64,000 nt of DNA, taken from Candidatus Heimdallarchaeota archaeon (GTDB lineage Archaea > Asgardarchaeota > Heimdallarchaeia > JABLTI01). The notes under the pieces are model-generated. The model ran no database searches, was not told the origin of the DNA, and saw nothing but the letters and a program-made list of their open reading frames with translations. The DNA lies in NCBI GenBank assembly GCA_018238155.1, contig JABCTZ010000025.1:1-64000 (forward strand), given 5' to 3'. Below, piece by piece: positions 19,403-29,665 of this stretch. Both the position numbers and the translations under genes were made by a program. The stretch's first letter is position 1. Each line of letters begins with the position of its first letter.

Positions 19403-20992
19403 ATGCGGATATATAACGGAACTATTATTTCATGTGATCAAAATAATAGTATTTACCAATATTTAGTTGAAGATAGAGGTAAAATCATTTATGTTGGCAA
19501 TGATCTTCCAACACAATATGCTGATTATAAAAATGTAATGAAGCTAGGTGAACGTGTATTACTTCCCTCTTTTGGAGATGGTCATATTCATTTCACAAAT
19601 TGGGCTTTAATAGCTATAGAATACTTTGATGTAAGAACTGCACGAAATTTTTCTGAATTCAGTAATATTATCCATAATTTCATTGAAAAGAAGAAAGGGA
19701 AATTTGGAAAGATATTGACAGGTTTTAGTGCTTCTCCACACAGTGTTGAAGAAAAGCGATTAATAACTCGAAAAGAATTGGATGATATCTATTCGAACAA
19801 ACCTATGATAATTATTGCTTATGATGGTCATTCAATGATTGTGAATAGTAAAATGATTGATGAATTTCCCGCTGAAGTTCGTGCATCTCGAGGGTTTAAT
19901 GAAGAATCTGGACAGCTGTTTAACGAAGCATACTACCTTGGACTTGATTATGCAACTTCATTGATGTCAACAAAGTCTTTGCTTAAGAGTGTAATGGAAG
20001 GTTATGACCTTTTAGCAAAAAATGGAATAGGTCTTATACATTCTGTTGAGAGTATTGGTTTTCCTAAAGATTTGGATGTTACTCTAGCAATGTTGATTGG
20101 TAAAGCAAAATCCAAGAAAACAGGCATTCAAACACGAATGTTTTTCCAAACAATGGATGTGTCAAAAGTATTGAAACGGAAACTTCCAAGAGTAGGTGGA
20201 TGTTTTGCTACTGCTTTAGATGGTTGCTTCAGTGCATTTGATGCAGCTATGCTAGAACCATATACAAACGATTCGAATAACAAAGGCATTCTTTTCTATT
20301 CTGATGAGGAAGTTATTGAGTTTACAAAAAAAGCCAATCGTGAAGGATTGCAGATTGCATTTCACACTCTTGGTGATGCAGCGATTAAACAAGGTATAAA
20401 AGCAATTGAAGCTGCATTGCAAGATCATCCAAGAAAAGATCATCGGCATATTCTTATCCATGCTTGTTTGATAGATGCTGAAGATATTAAGAAATGTGCT
20501 GAATTGGGTATTTCACTAACAGTTCAACCAGGATTTTTGATTAGTCCTCTGGAACCGGTTTCATTTTTAGAGAAAACTATTGGAGATAGAATACATAAGA
20601 GTTCTCCCTTCCGAAAGATACTCGATGCGGGTATACATCTAAGTGGTGGATCTGATGCTCCAGTAACTCATCCAAATCCAATTACAGGAATTTATGGTGC
20701 ATGTAATCATCCATTTGATTCTAAACAAAGTCTAACTATTCAAGAAGCTTTGAAAATGCATACATATGAGGTAGCTTGGATGAGTTTTGATGAGAAGGAA
20801 CGAGGAAGCTTGGAAAAAGGTAAATTAGCAGATATGGTCATTTTAAACAAAAATCCACTAGAAATGTCTCCAAAAGATTTAGAACAATTAAAAGTAGAGC
20901 AACTATATCTTCAAGGAAAACCATATCAATCAGGAATGAGTTTTGGTAGTTTGCTTTGGAATGCTATGCGTACTAGAAAAGAACCTATTTGA
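19403..20992 (+). CDS. Amidohydrolase-3 (YtcJ-like) metal-dependent hydrolase
   Basis: LPSFGDGHIH, FHTLGDAA, HRHILIHA, GGSDAPV, GSLEKGKLADMVIL. Confidence 0.9.
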   Translation: MRIYNGTIISCDQNNSIYQYLVEDRGKIIYVGNDLPTQYADYKNVMKLGERVLLPSFGDGHIHFTNWALIAIEYFDVRTARNFSEFSNIIHNFIEKKKGKFGKILTGFSASPHSVEEKRLITRKELDDIYSNKPMIIIAYDGHSMIVNSKMIDEFPAEVRASRGFNEESGQLFNEAYYLGLDYATSLMSTKSLLKSVMEGYDLLAKNGIGLIHSVESIGFPKDLDVTLAMLIGKAKSKKTGIQTRMFFQTMDVSKVLKRKLPRVGGCFATALDGCFSAFDAAMLEPYTNDSNNKGILFYSDEEVIEFTKKANREGLQIAFHTLGDAAIKQGIKAIEAALQDHPRKDHRHILIHACLIDAEDIKKCAELGISLTVQPGFLISPLEPVSFLEKTIGDRIHKSSPFRKILDAGIHLSGGSDAPVTHPNPITGIYGACNHPFDSKQSLTIQEALKMHTYEVAWMSFDEKERGSLEKGKLADMVILNKNPLEMSPKDLEQLKVEQLYLQGKPYQSGMSFGSLLWNAMRTRKEPI

Positions 20993-21161
20993 TTTCTAAG
21001 TAAGCATATCATTTTTTTCTTTTTTTCAGAACAGAAGTGCTATAATTTGCTTGGATAAGTTGAAGACTAAAAACTGCCAAGATAGGATGGATAAAATCAA
21101 TACTTCTAATTAAAGAGAATTTATAAATGAAGATTATTATTTCAAATTGAGTTGAAAATAA

Positions 21162-21752
21162 ATGGTTCAATTATTTCCTGTGAAGAAAAAAATACAACGA
21201 ATAAAAAAGTTCCTTTTTTATATACCAAAGCATTCTGAAATTACAGAGGAAATAATAGATGAATTTAAAGAAATAGTGATTTCTATTCAAAATTCTAGTG
21301 CAAAAGATATGGAAAAAATAGTTAATTATTTTAATCAAGAAATTCAAGAATTAATTGATTTTAATATGGAATCTCTTGAGGATCGCAAAGATAGAATACA
21401 AAAAATTGAAGAAACTTTTGCTAAACAGATACTTGAAAATGAAGAAGAAACATTGAAACAATTGATTTTTACTATTGAATTTGAAAACTATAAATTTAAT
21501 CTACTAACTATGTCTGATATAGAGATTTTTCTTGAGAATCTTAAGAACTTTTCAGAAATTCTCTTCAAAATGTTAGATGATGAAATAGATAACGCATCTT
21601 TAGTTCTTCCTTTTAAAGATACCAATTTTAAGATGAATTATAGACGAAATGAATTCTCTCGAGATAGAACCTCAGTAAAACGTTTACTGTATAGTGCAAG
21701 AATTGACAATACGGAAAAACAAGAAGAGTATCTAAGTAAAATATTGAAGTGA
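21162..21752 (+). CDS. Hypothetical helical acidic protein
   Basis: 196-aa ORF filling its own intergenic space; no motif recognised. Confidence 0.6.
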   Translation: MVQLFPVKKKIQRIKKFLFYIPKHSEITEEIIDEFKEIVISIQNSSAKDMEKIVNYFNQEIQELIDFNMESLEDRKDRIQKIEETFAKQILENEEETLKQLIFTIEFENYKFNLLTMSDIEIFLENLKNFSEILFKMLDDEIDNASLVLPFKDTNFKMNYRRNEFSRDRTSVKRLLYSARIDNTEKQEEYLSKILK

Positions 21753-21909
21753 TTTCAAATCTAGAGAGCTTGGAAAAATTCTCTGAAAATTTCTGTCAAA
21801 ATAGTCTTATTTTCCAGAATTGATTCAATGAAAAGTTAAATATAACAAAAATAGTAATAGAAATCATTCATTCGATGTGTTTAATTGTTAATAATAATGG
21901 TGATTAGTA

Positions 21910-22776
21910 ATGGCTGCATATTACAAAGGTGACCCTTCTAAATTTGTTATAAAGTATAGCTCAGGTAGAGCTATTAGATCTGGCAGAGGAATAAGTTTCT
22001 TTTATTTGCGTTTCAATACGAATATCGTAACTATTCCTGCAATGACAATCGATTCAAATTTTGTTTTTAATGAATTCACGAAAAATAATCAAGCGATTAC
22101 TCTACAAGGACATTTTACTTACAAAATAAATGACCCAAAGAAAATGGCTTCAATTTTAGATTTTAGAATAAACCCAAAAAATGGATATCATATTTCTGAG
22201 GATCCACAAAAATTAGAACTTCGTATACGAAATATCGTTCAAATGCGAACAAGAGGATTCATAGAAAAAATGGATCTTGAGAATGCATTAACCACTTCAG
22301 AGGTCATTGCACAAAAGGTGCTTTCTGCATCTGATGAAACCAATATTATCAAAGAAATGGGTGTGGATCTCTTATCAATTACCTTTATTTCCATTAGACC
22401 AACACTAGAAATTGCTCGAGCATTAGAAGCGGAATATCGTGAAAACTTGCAAATGAAAGCAGATAAAGCAATATACGAACGACGCGCTGCAGCAGTAGAA
22501 CAAGAGCAAAAAATCAAAGAAAATGAATTGAATACTCAAATTACTCTCGAGAAGAAACGAAAGCAACTCATTGAGCTTGAAGGAGAAAATATCCTCAAGG
22601 AAGCTCAATTCAAAGCACAAGCGAAAGAAAAGGAACTTGCTGCATACAAAAAAGTTGATTCGCAAATGCTCTTAGCATTAGCACTCAAAGAAATGGGTGA
22701 AAATGCACAAAAAATAGGTAACTTAACCTTTACGCCAGAAATTTTAGCCGCATTATTGAAACCCAAGAAAAAATGA
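21910..22776 (+). CDS. SPFH/band-7 domain protein
   Basis: GRGISFFY, SPFH core, coiled coil ADKAIYERRAAAVEQEQKIKENELNTQI. Confidence 0.88.
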   Translation: MAAYYKGDPSKFVIKYSSGRAIRSGRGISFFYLRFNTNIVTIPAMTIDSNFVFNEFTKNNQAITLQGHFTYKINDPKKMASILDFRINPKNGYHISEDPQKLELRIRNIVQMRTRGFIEKMDLENALTTSEVIAQKVLSASDETNIIKEMGVDLLSITFISIRPTLEIARALEAEYRENLQMKADKAIYERRAAAVEQEQKIKENELNTQITLEKKRKQLIELEGENILKEAQFKAQAKEKELAAYKKVDSQMLLALALKEMGENAQKIGNLTFTPEILAALLKPKKK

Positions 22777-22801
22777 ATAGATAGTGTTGGTGGATTAATC
22801 A

Positions 22802-23749
22802 ATGGTTAAAATTGATAAGATAATCATTATCACGAAAAAAACTTGGCTTGAAGAGTTGATTGAAAAGTTCAATACGAAATCTCAAGCGAAGTTTTACATC
22901 GAACATATGGGTGTTTCGTTCCAAGATTATGAAGATGCTCACAAAAAATACTACGAGTCACTTGAAAAAATCAAGAAACTTGTACCGTTAGATTTAAAAT
23001 ATCAAATTATTGAGAAATCATTCCTTCCTAACTTTCTTTTTGGTCCAAATAATCTTATTGTACCAGTAGGTCAAGATGGCTTAGTTATTAACACAGCAAA
23101 ATATCTGGACAAACAACTAATTGTTGCTATAAATCCTGATCCTTCTAGATTTGATGGAGTGATGATTCCATTTACAGTGGAGGAATTACCCGCAGCTTTA
23201 AAAAAAGTAATCGCAGATAAACACAAAATTATCCAAATTACTATGGCTCAAGCAAAACTAAACAATGGACAATTTCTTTATGGAGTAAATGATCTTTTTA
23301 TTGGTCATAAATCTCATGGGTCTGCACGATATACTATAAAACACTCTGATGCGACAATTGAAAAGCAAAGCTCAAGTGGAGTGATCATTTCAACTGGTGC
23401 AGGTTCAACTGCTTGGTTAAAATCGATAATTACAGGAGCAGTAGGTATTGTCAATAAATTTAGAAAATATTCTTATATTGATCCACCAACTGAAGAAGAA
23501 TACCGTTTCCCTTGGGATGCATCATACCTAAACTATTCTGTAAGAGAACCATTTGTAAGCAAAACATCGTCTGCTGAACTTGTTTATGGTCAAATTTACT
23601 CTGGTGAAAAATTAATTATTGAATCAAATATGCCAGAAAAAGGAGTTATTTTTAGTGATGGAATACAAAATGATTTTCTAGAATTTAATTCCGGAGCAGT
23701 AGCAGAAATAAGTGTTGCAGATAAAAAAGGTAACTTGGTAATAAAATAA
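22802..23749 (+). CDS. NAD-kinase-like protein (SPFH-associated family)
   Basis: GQDGLV, VND, QSSSGVIISTGAGSTAW, VREPF motifs. Confidence 0.85.
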   Translation: MVKIDKIIIITKKTWLEELIEKFNTKSQAKFYIEHMGVSFQDYEDAHKKYYESLEKIKKLVPLDLKYQIIEKSFLPNFLFGPNNLIVPVGQDGLVINTAKYLDKQLIVAINPDPSRFDGVMIPFTVEELPAALKKVIADKHKIIQITMAQAKLNNGQFLYGVNDLFIGHKSHGSARYTIKHSDATIEKQSSSGVIISTGAGSTAWLKSIITGAVGIVNKFRKYSYIDPPTEEEYRFPWDASYLNYSVREPFVSKTSSAELVYGQIYSGEKLIIESNMPEKGVIFSDGIQNDFLEFNSGAVAEISVADKKGNLVIK

Positions 23750-23792
23750 ACTTTAAAAAAAGTAGAGTAAATGGGTTAGCATTCCATTCTAC

Positions 23793-25301
23793 TTACCAAT
23801 TTCTTAAAAGATCAACGATTAAGCGAACAGCAGGTCCTTTACAACCTTTCGTATTGTAGCCTTTGTCGCTATCTGAGCTTGAATAACCGGCAATATCGCA
23901 ATGAATCCATGGTTTTTCATCTACGAATTTACTCAAGAATCTTGCAGCAACTATTGCTCCACCAGCTCGTCCACCGGCATGTTTCATATCTGCTATATCA
24001 CTTTTGAATTGTTCATCATATTCTTCCCAGAGAGGCATTCGCCAGCACTTTTCACCACTAGTTTCAGATGCTTTTTGGAATCGCTCATTTAGTGCTTCAT
24101 CATTAGCAAAATAACCTAAGGCATGATTACCTAAAGCGACAGCCATTGAACCTGTTAGAGTGGCAAAATCAAGCATAGCAGTTGGATTGTAATTTTTCGC
24201 CGCATAAGCTAATGCATCATTAATGATCATTCGTCCTTCAGCATCTGTGCTAATGACTTCAATAGTTTGTCCATCATAGCTAGTAATAATATCTGCCGGA
24301 TGATAGGCAGTACCAGAAGGCATGTTATCAGTTGCAGGAACCAAAGCAACAACATGTAGGTCAGGTTTCAATTGACCAATTGCTTGCATAATCGCGAGAA
24401 CAACTGCTCCACCTGTCATATCTGTTTTCATTAAACCCATATCTTTACTTGGTTTAAGACTAATTCCACCTGTATCAAAGGTTACTGCTTTACCAATTAA
24501 AGCCACAGTATCAACGTCTTTCTTATCAGCACCATACTCAAGAATAATGAATTTAGGCGGTTCTTCCGTTCCTTGAGCAACAGCAAGGAAACTGGTTAAG
24601 CCAATTTCTTTTGATTTTTCACGATCAAAAATAGTCACTTGAAGAGAATGCTCTTTTGCAATTCTTTCGGCTTCACTGGCAAGTTTTGTGGGAGTAATAT
24701 AATTTGCAGGACCCCAAGATAATTCTCTGCAGAAATTAACTGCATCAGCAATTACTGTACCAGAGGTTACTCCTTCACCAAAAACTTTCTCATCTATTGT
24801 AGAACTGAAAAGAATAGCTTCACTTAATCTCTTGAATTTATCGAGATTTTTCGTTCTGTAGGCTAGATTTTGGAAACTACCCATTACTATACCTTGTATA
24901 ATTGCTTCTGCGACATCCTTTGCCTCGAGTTTATTTCGTATAAAATGATCGAGACTAACTGCAAGAACTTTAACATCTAAATCACGAGCTTTTCGAGAAG
25001 CATTTCCCAAAGTCTTTCGAAGTCCCTCAAGAGAGATTTTTTCTTCTTTTCCTAAACCTACGAGAAGAATTCTCTTAGATGGAAGTTTATCATGGGTATA
25101 GACAAATTGAAGTTGCCCTTTTTCACCTTTAAAGTCCCCGAGGTTAATTAATTCCTTAGTAACTTCATGCAAAACACCAGTCTTTTTTCCAATTAAGGAA
25201 TCAGAACTAGCTTCATCTGTGACACCAACAAGAATAACTGGTGCATCTATTTTTAGTAATTCGTCTTTTTTTGTAGTAACTTTCATTGGATTTTTCTCCA
25301 A
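23793..25301 (-). CDS. pepA: Leucyl aminopeptidase (M17)
   Basis: GKAVTFDTGGISLKP, MKTDMTGG, TDAEGR, ATLTG, WRMPL. Confidence 0.95.
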   Translation of the reverse strand: MEKNPMKVTTKKDELLKIDAPVILVGVTDEASSDSLIGKKTGVLHEVTKELINLGDFKGEKGQLQFVYTHDKLPSKRILLVGLGKEEKISLEGLRKTLGNASRKARDLDVKVLAVSLDHFIRNKLEAKDVAEAIIQGIVMGSFQNLAYRTKNLDKFKRLSEAILFSSTIDEKVFGEGVTSGTVIADAVNFCRELSWGPANYITPTKLASEAERIAKEHSLQVTIFDREKSKEIGLTSFLAVAQGTEEPPKFIILEYGADKKDVDTVALIGKAVTFDTGGISLKPSKDMGLMKTDMTGGAVVLAIMQAIGQLKPDLHVVALVPATDNMPSGTAYHPADIITSYDGQTIEVISTDAEGRMIINDALAYAAKNYNPTAMLDFATLTGSMAVALGNHALGYFANDEALNERFQKASETSGEKCWRMPLWEEYDEQFKSDIADMKHAGGRAGGAIVAARFLSKFVDEKPWIHCDIAGYSSSDSDKGYNTKGCKGPAVRLIVDLLRNW

Positions 25302-25324
25302 AAATTATTAATTGTAAATTTATA

Positions 25325-25690
25325 TTACTTCACTCTATTGATAAATTCTAACCCCGCTTTGCTAAACTCCATATTTAAAATTACTTCATTTGAATCGTTG
25401 ATTTGAGATTCAAAAGATTGTTCCCACCATTCAAATCTTTTTTCTACATCGACAGGTTGAATCAAAGTAAAAACTAATTCTAAAGCTTGATTTGCAGTTT
25501 CGGTCTCTTGTCCTTCTAAAGACCCTCTAAAAGCATTTTCGGCAAAAACTTCCTTGATTGTTTTTCCTTGATAATCACTTGAAGTAAGCTCAAATGTCTT
25601 CACTACTGCCATTCCTCCAGAAAAAATATCAGGGGTATTTAGTACTAATTTTATCACCATAATTTCAGCTCGCTTTAGTAATTTTACCAA
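25325..25690 (-). CDS. Hypothetical protein
   Basis: ORF co-oriented between the nitroreductase gene and pepA. Confidence 0.6.
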   Translation of the reverse strand: MVKLLKRAEIMVIKLVLNTPDIFSGGMAVVKTFELTSSDYQGKTIKEVFAENAFRGSLEGQETETANQALELVFTLIQPVDVEKRFEWWEQSFESQINDSNEVILNMEFSKAGLEFINRVK

Positions 25691-25751
25691 AGTTTAATCA
25701 GTAACCAACTAATAAAATATTTTCTACTTTACAACATAATAAAGTGGCTAA

Positions 25752-26276
25752 TTACCACTTATTTTGATGTATTTTTTCTTTATTGAACCGATTTGATGGT
25801 TCCTTCGTTTCATTTGGGTGACCAAGAGCTATCACTGCAAGAGGATAAACATTGCTAGGCAAGTCAAATATTTTTTTGATACCATCGATTCTATCTTGTT
25901 TAGGATAGATGCCTAACCAAACTGCTCCTAAACCTTTGGCATGAGCTGCAAGGAGAATATTTTGTGTAGCTGCAGAACAATCTTGTACCCAATAACCACA
26001 GTATTTCTCTGTCTCAAAATCACCGCAAACTAAAATCGCTACAGGAGATTCTTTGAGCATTTTTGAATAGTCATGAAACTCTGTAATAGCATCAAGTGTC
26101 TTTCGTTCATTAATAATAATAAAGTGCCATGGTTGTTTATTACCCGCTGATGGTGCTTGCATAGCAGCCTTAAGAAGATCAGTTAAATCATCATCAGAAA
26201 CTGGTTTATCAGTGAATTTCCGTATACTTTTTCGAGTGAGTATTCCTTCCATTAATTCCATTTTTAGTATCCTCAT
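25752..26276 (-). CDS. Nitroreductase family protein
   Basis: RKSIRKF, APSAGNKQPWHF, QNILLAAHAKGLGAVW. Confidence 0.93.
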   Translation of the reverse strand: MRILKMELMEGILTRKSIRKFTDKPVSDDDLTDLLKAAMQAPSAGNKQPWHFIIINERKTLDAITEFHDYSKMLKESPVAILVCGDFETEKYCGYWVQDCSAATQNILLAAHAKGLGAVWLGIYPKQDRIDGIKKIFDLPSNVYPLAVIALGHPNETKEPSNRFNKEKIHQNKW

Positions 26277-26468
26277 GTACCATTAGTTTATATCTTCTTA
26301 AAATTTCTGAATTCAATAGTATATTGTTTATCGCGTAAAGTTAATTGAACTTTATCTATTATAAAATAAACTACAGAGATTTGTAAAAAAAATTGGCTCA
26401 AGTAAAATGAAAAAAAATAAAAATGAAATCTCAAAATTTGTTCTGTTTTGTAATCTATTTAATTTATC

Positions 26469-27512
26469 TTAAAACGTAGGTAAAACATAAGACGTTGATC
26501 CAGAAAAACCAATAATTCGCGGTTCAGCTAACTGATAAGCGTCATAAACTGATTTTCTTGGTGTTCTTGTAATTCCGTATCTTAAGAAGCTCGAAACAGC
26601 AGATTGTGATCCCATACCATATGTTCCAAATAAAATGAATTTATTTGCATGGTGATTTAGAGTAACTTTAATAGAAATTTGCATTGTTGTCATACTATAA
26701 CAAGGAGAAGCGTAGAAAACCAATTCGGGAATAGTACCATAAAGTAATACATTCATTTCTGCAAAAGTTGATGGACCAATTTCAAAACCAGGATAATAAG
26801 TCATCCAATTTCCCTTTATTGATGGAACATCTACATTCAAAGGCATACCATGCGTATACGTAATTGCAAAAAGACGAGTATTATATTGTTTAGCAAAATT
26901 GAATGCTTTCACAAAATTGTTAATATAGGAAACAGTTCCAAAATTCTTATCCGTTATTACATAATACCCTCGAGCTTCTAATTCTCCTACATAATTATAA
27001 CTTGCACCATCGGATCCATCAAGTGCATCAAGTGATATATCAAAGTCACTTAACGCTAACATAGTTAATAAAGTAGCAAGTTCAATAGGAGATAAAGTAG
27101 CTGCAAAGAGATACCATAATACATAATTAGAAACCCATGCAACATAAGCTACACCACAATAAACTTTACCATCATGGACAAACATATGAGTTGCTTCTGC
27201 GAAATTTGGATTAAAACCATAACTTAGTTCAACTTTATCATTAAGAGAATCCCCATCTGTATCCTTCTTTAAAGGATTTGTTTCATAGACTACTACTTCT
27301 TGAAAATCATTTAATCCATCATAGTCAGTATCTTTTCGATAGGGATTAGTTCCTATAGATCTTTCCCGTTTATCACTTAAACCATCTCTATCGGAATCTT
27401 TAGGAGGGGGAGGGACAGGGGGATCCCAAAAAACTCTAGCACTTGCTCCAATTATAGATACTCCACCTATCATCACCAAAATCAAAAGTCCAAAAATAAT
27501 GCTTTTTTTCAT
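26469..27512 (-). CDS. Secreted protein with DxDxDG calcium-binding (TSP3-like) repeats
   Basis: Signal peptide, polyproline, DSDRDGLSD / DTDYDGLND / DTDGDSLND with TNP motifs. Confidence 0.75.
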   Translation of the reverse strand: MKKSIIFGLLILVMIGGVSIIGASARVFWDPPVPPPPKDSDRDGLSDKRERSIGTNPYRKDTDYDGLNDFQEVVVYETNPLKKDTDGDSLNDKVELSYGFNPNFAEATHMFVHDGKVYCGVAYVAWVSNYVLWYLFAATLSPIELATLLTMLALSDFDISLDALDGSDGASYNYVGELEARGYYVITDKNFGTVSYINNFVKAFNFAKQYNTRLFAITYTHGMPLNVDVPSIKGNWMTYYPGFEIGPSTFAEMNVLLYGTIPELVFYASPCYSMTTMQISIKVTLNHHANKFILFGTYGMGSQSAVSSFLRYGITRTPRKSVYDAYQLAEPRIIGFSGSTSYVLPTF

Positions 27513-27742
27513 AAATTTTTACTACCTTAATTGTCTTTTATTAAATAATCTAGAGTGGATTTTATTTAAATACATAACTCTATTCTAGAAAAGGAAGTGT
27601 ATAAAAGTAAAAATATTAACTTTAAACTTTTCTTCTGTAGTAAAGAAAACAATATAAACCAAGAAGGTTTATATTACTACCTTGACAGCTAGAATAGTGA
27701 AAGATTTTAGACGTTAATAATAAAAGGGAAAAAATCTAAGAA

Positions 27743-29638
27743 ATGAAAAATTTGTTTTTGAAAAAGGAGTTGAGCAAAGTGAAGAAATTTAAGTTAAAAC
27801 AATTTATTGGAATATCAATAGTAATATTATTTGCAATTAATCTTTCTTTTCTTAATACTTCAAGAGTAGATGCAATAGAATATCATTTTACTTTGATATT
27901 CGAGACAAATGGAGGAGGAGTGAGACCTGATTACGGAAACTTCCTCAAACAACAGTTAGCAAGAATAGGAATATACGTTGAAGTTGTTATACAACCTTGG
28001 CCAATATTTGATGCCACTAACCCAATCCGTGATTACGATATTTGCTATCTTTCTTTCAGTGGTGGTGGAAAAGATCCGGATTTCACTGGAATTTACAATG
28101 AAAATGGTTCACTGAACTTATTTGGTTACCGTACCGATATGGATTTTGATGAAACCCTCGGTACTGGTTTGAACGAGTGGTATATGAGACAAGGCAATTT
28201 AATTATGCCTCCTGACAGCACTGAAAGAATTCAACATTACTGGGCATGGGAACAATATTTAATGGATAAAATCCTCCCATGTCAGCCAACATTCGCACCA
28301 CAAGACTATATTATTCATTGGTCCAATTTAGAAGGATACGATATGAAAGATGGCATAGTACAATCGTGGGGTAAAATGAGCTTTGAAGGTTTTCATGATG
28401 GTCAAATAGATAATACAGAATTAGTTACCACTGATGCACTTTGGTTTGATCTAAACCCATTATTCCAAGATGATTCCTCATCAAGAAAAATTAGTGATGC
28501 AATAATGGATCCACTTGTATACTTTGATGATGATTTAAGTGTACACACACACTTAGCAGAAAGCTATACATTTCTTAATGATACTACTATTGAAATCATT
28601 TGTCGTGATGGAATCAAATGGCAAGACGACCCGGATGAATTATTCTTAGATGAATATTTTGATGTTGAAGATGTTTATTTCACACTCTACTCGTTGGCAG
28701 AACTCTCAAATAATATGGCCAAATACGATTGGATAAAGAAAATGGAAATCATCGATGAAATGACCCTCAAACTTTACATAGATGGAGATCCAGACACACC
28801 AGAAAATGATCCTTTTGCTCTTGTTCTCTCTCACTTAGATACTAATATTCTCCCAGAACATTACTTGAACCAAACACAATTGGGTGATGGAATTACTCCT
28901 GACATTATACATGATTCTTGGAACACATTCGCAACTAACTGTTTTGGAACTAGTTTATTTGAGTTGGGCACCTTCACCGAAGGTGTTGAAACCAAATTAG
29001 ATATTTTCACCGATTGCTGGTGGTTAAATGCCACTGTAGACAAAACCAACATGGATTTTGTAAATAGATTTGGTGATTTCACAGGAGGATTAGACTCTTG
29101 GAGAATCAAAATTATACCTGACATTCAAATCGCTCTATTAGAATTTAAAGCAGGTAAAACCGATATTGAAAGCATTACTCAGTACCCAGAGATACGTGAT
29201 GATATGATAACTGATTCTGATTTCGCTGTTCAGAATGATACCAGATTCTATTTAGGATTTTTCGGTTATAATATGCGTCCAACAAGATCTGTAATAGGTA
29301 ACCCAAACCCGGCACCCGGAGATCCATCAATATCTGTTGGTTTAGCTGTCAGAAAAGCTATCTCTTATGCTCTTGACATAGAGGAAATCAATGATGTTAT
29401 TCACAGAGGTGAATACACAATAACGAATCATCCAATTTATGCAAAAATGGGAATCTGGTGTAATCCTAACATTATACAATACAACCACAATCTTGACTTA
29501 GCACGGGATTTTATGAACATTGCAGGATATGGAATCATAACAAAAGAATCCAGTACAGTGGGAACGAATTGGGTCTATTCCTTTATTGGTTCTATTATTT
29601 CTCTCGGAATTGCAATTATAATCCGAAAGAAAAAGTGA
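27743..29638 (+). CDS. Family-5 (OppA/DppA-like) solute-binding protein, circularly permuted, C-terminal TM anchor
   Basis: QQLARIGI near the N-terminus, DLNP...LAESYT...RDGIKWQD in the middle, VRKAISYALD...IAGY at the end. Confidence 0.85.
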   Translation: MKNLFLKKELSKVKKFKLKQFIGISIVILFAINLSFLNTSRVDAIEYHFTLIFETNGGGVRPDYGNFLKQQLARIGIYVEVVIQPWPIFDATNPIRDYDICYLSFSGGGKDPDFTGIYNENGSLNLFGYRTDMDFDETLGTGLNEWYMRQGNLIMPPDSTERIQHYWAWEQYLMDKILPCQPTFAPQDYIIHWSNLEGYDMKDGIVQSWGKMSFEGFHDGQIDNTELVTTDALWFDLNPLFQDDSSSRKISDAIMDPLVYFDDDLSVHTHLAESYTFLNDTTIEIICRDGIKWQDDPDELFLDEYFDVEDVYFTLYSLAELSNNMAKYDWIKKMEIIDEMTLKLYIDGDPDTPENDPFALVLSHLDTNILPEHYLNQTQLGDGITPDIIHDSWNTFATNCFGTSLFELGTFTEGVETKLDIFTDCWWLNATVDKTNMDFVNRFGDFTGGLDSWRIKIIPDIQIALLEFKAGKTDIESITQYPEIRDDMITDSDFAVQNDTRFYLGFFGYNMRPTRSVIGNPNPAPGDPSISVGLAVRKAISYALDIEEINDVIHRGEYTITNHPIYAKMGIWCNPNIIQYNHNLDLARDFMNIAGYGIITKESSTVGTNWVYSFIGSIISLGIAIIIRKKK

Positions 29639-29665
29639 ATTTTTTACTTGGTGAAATGTTAAAAC

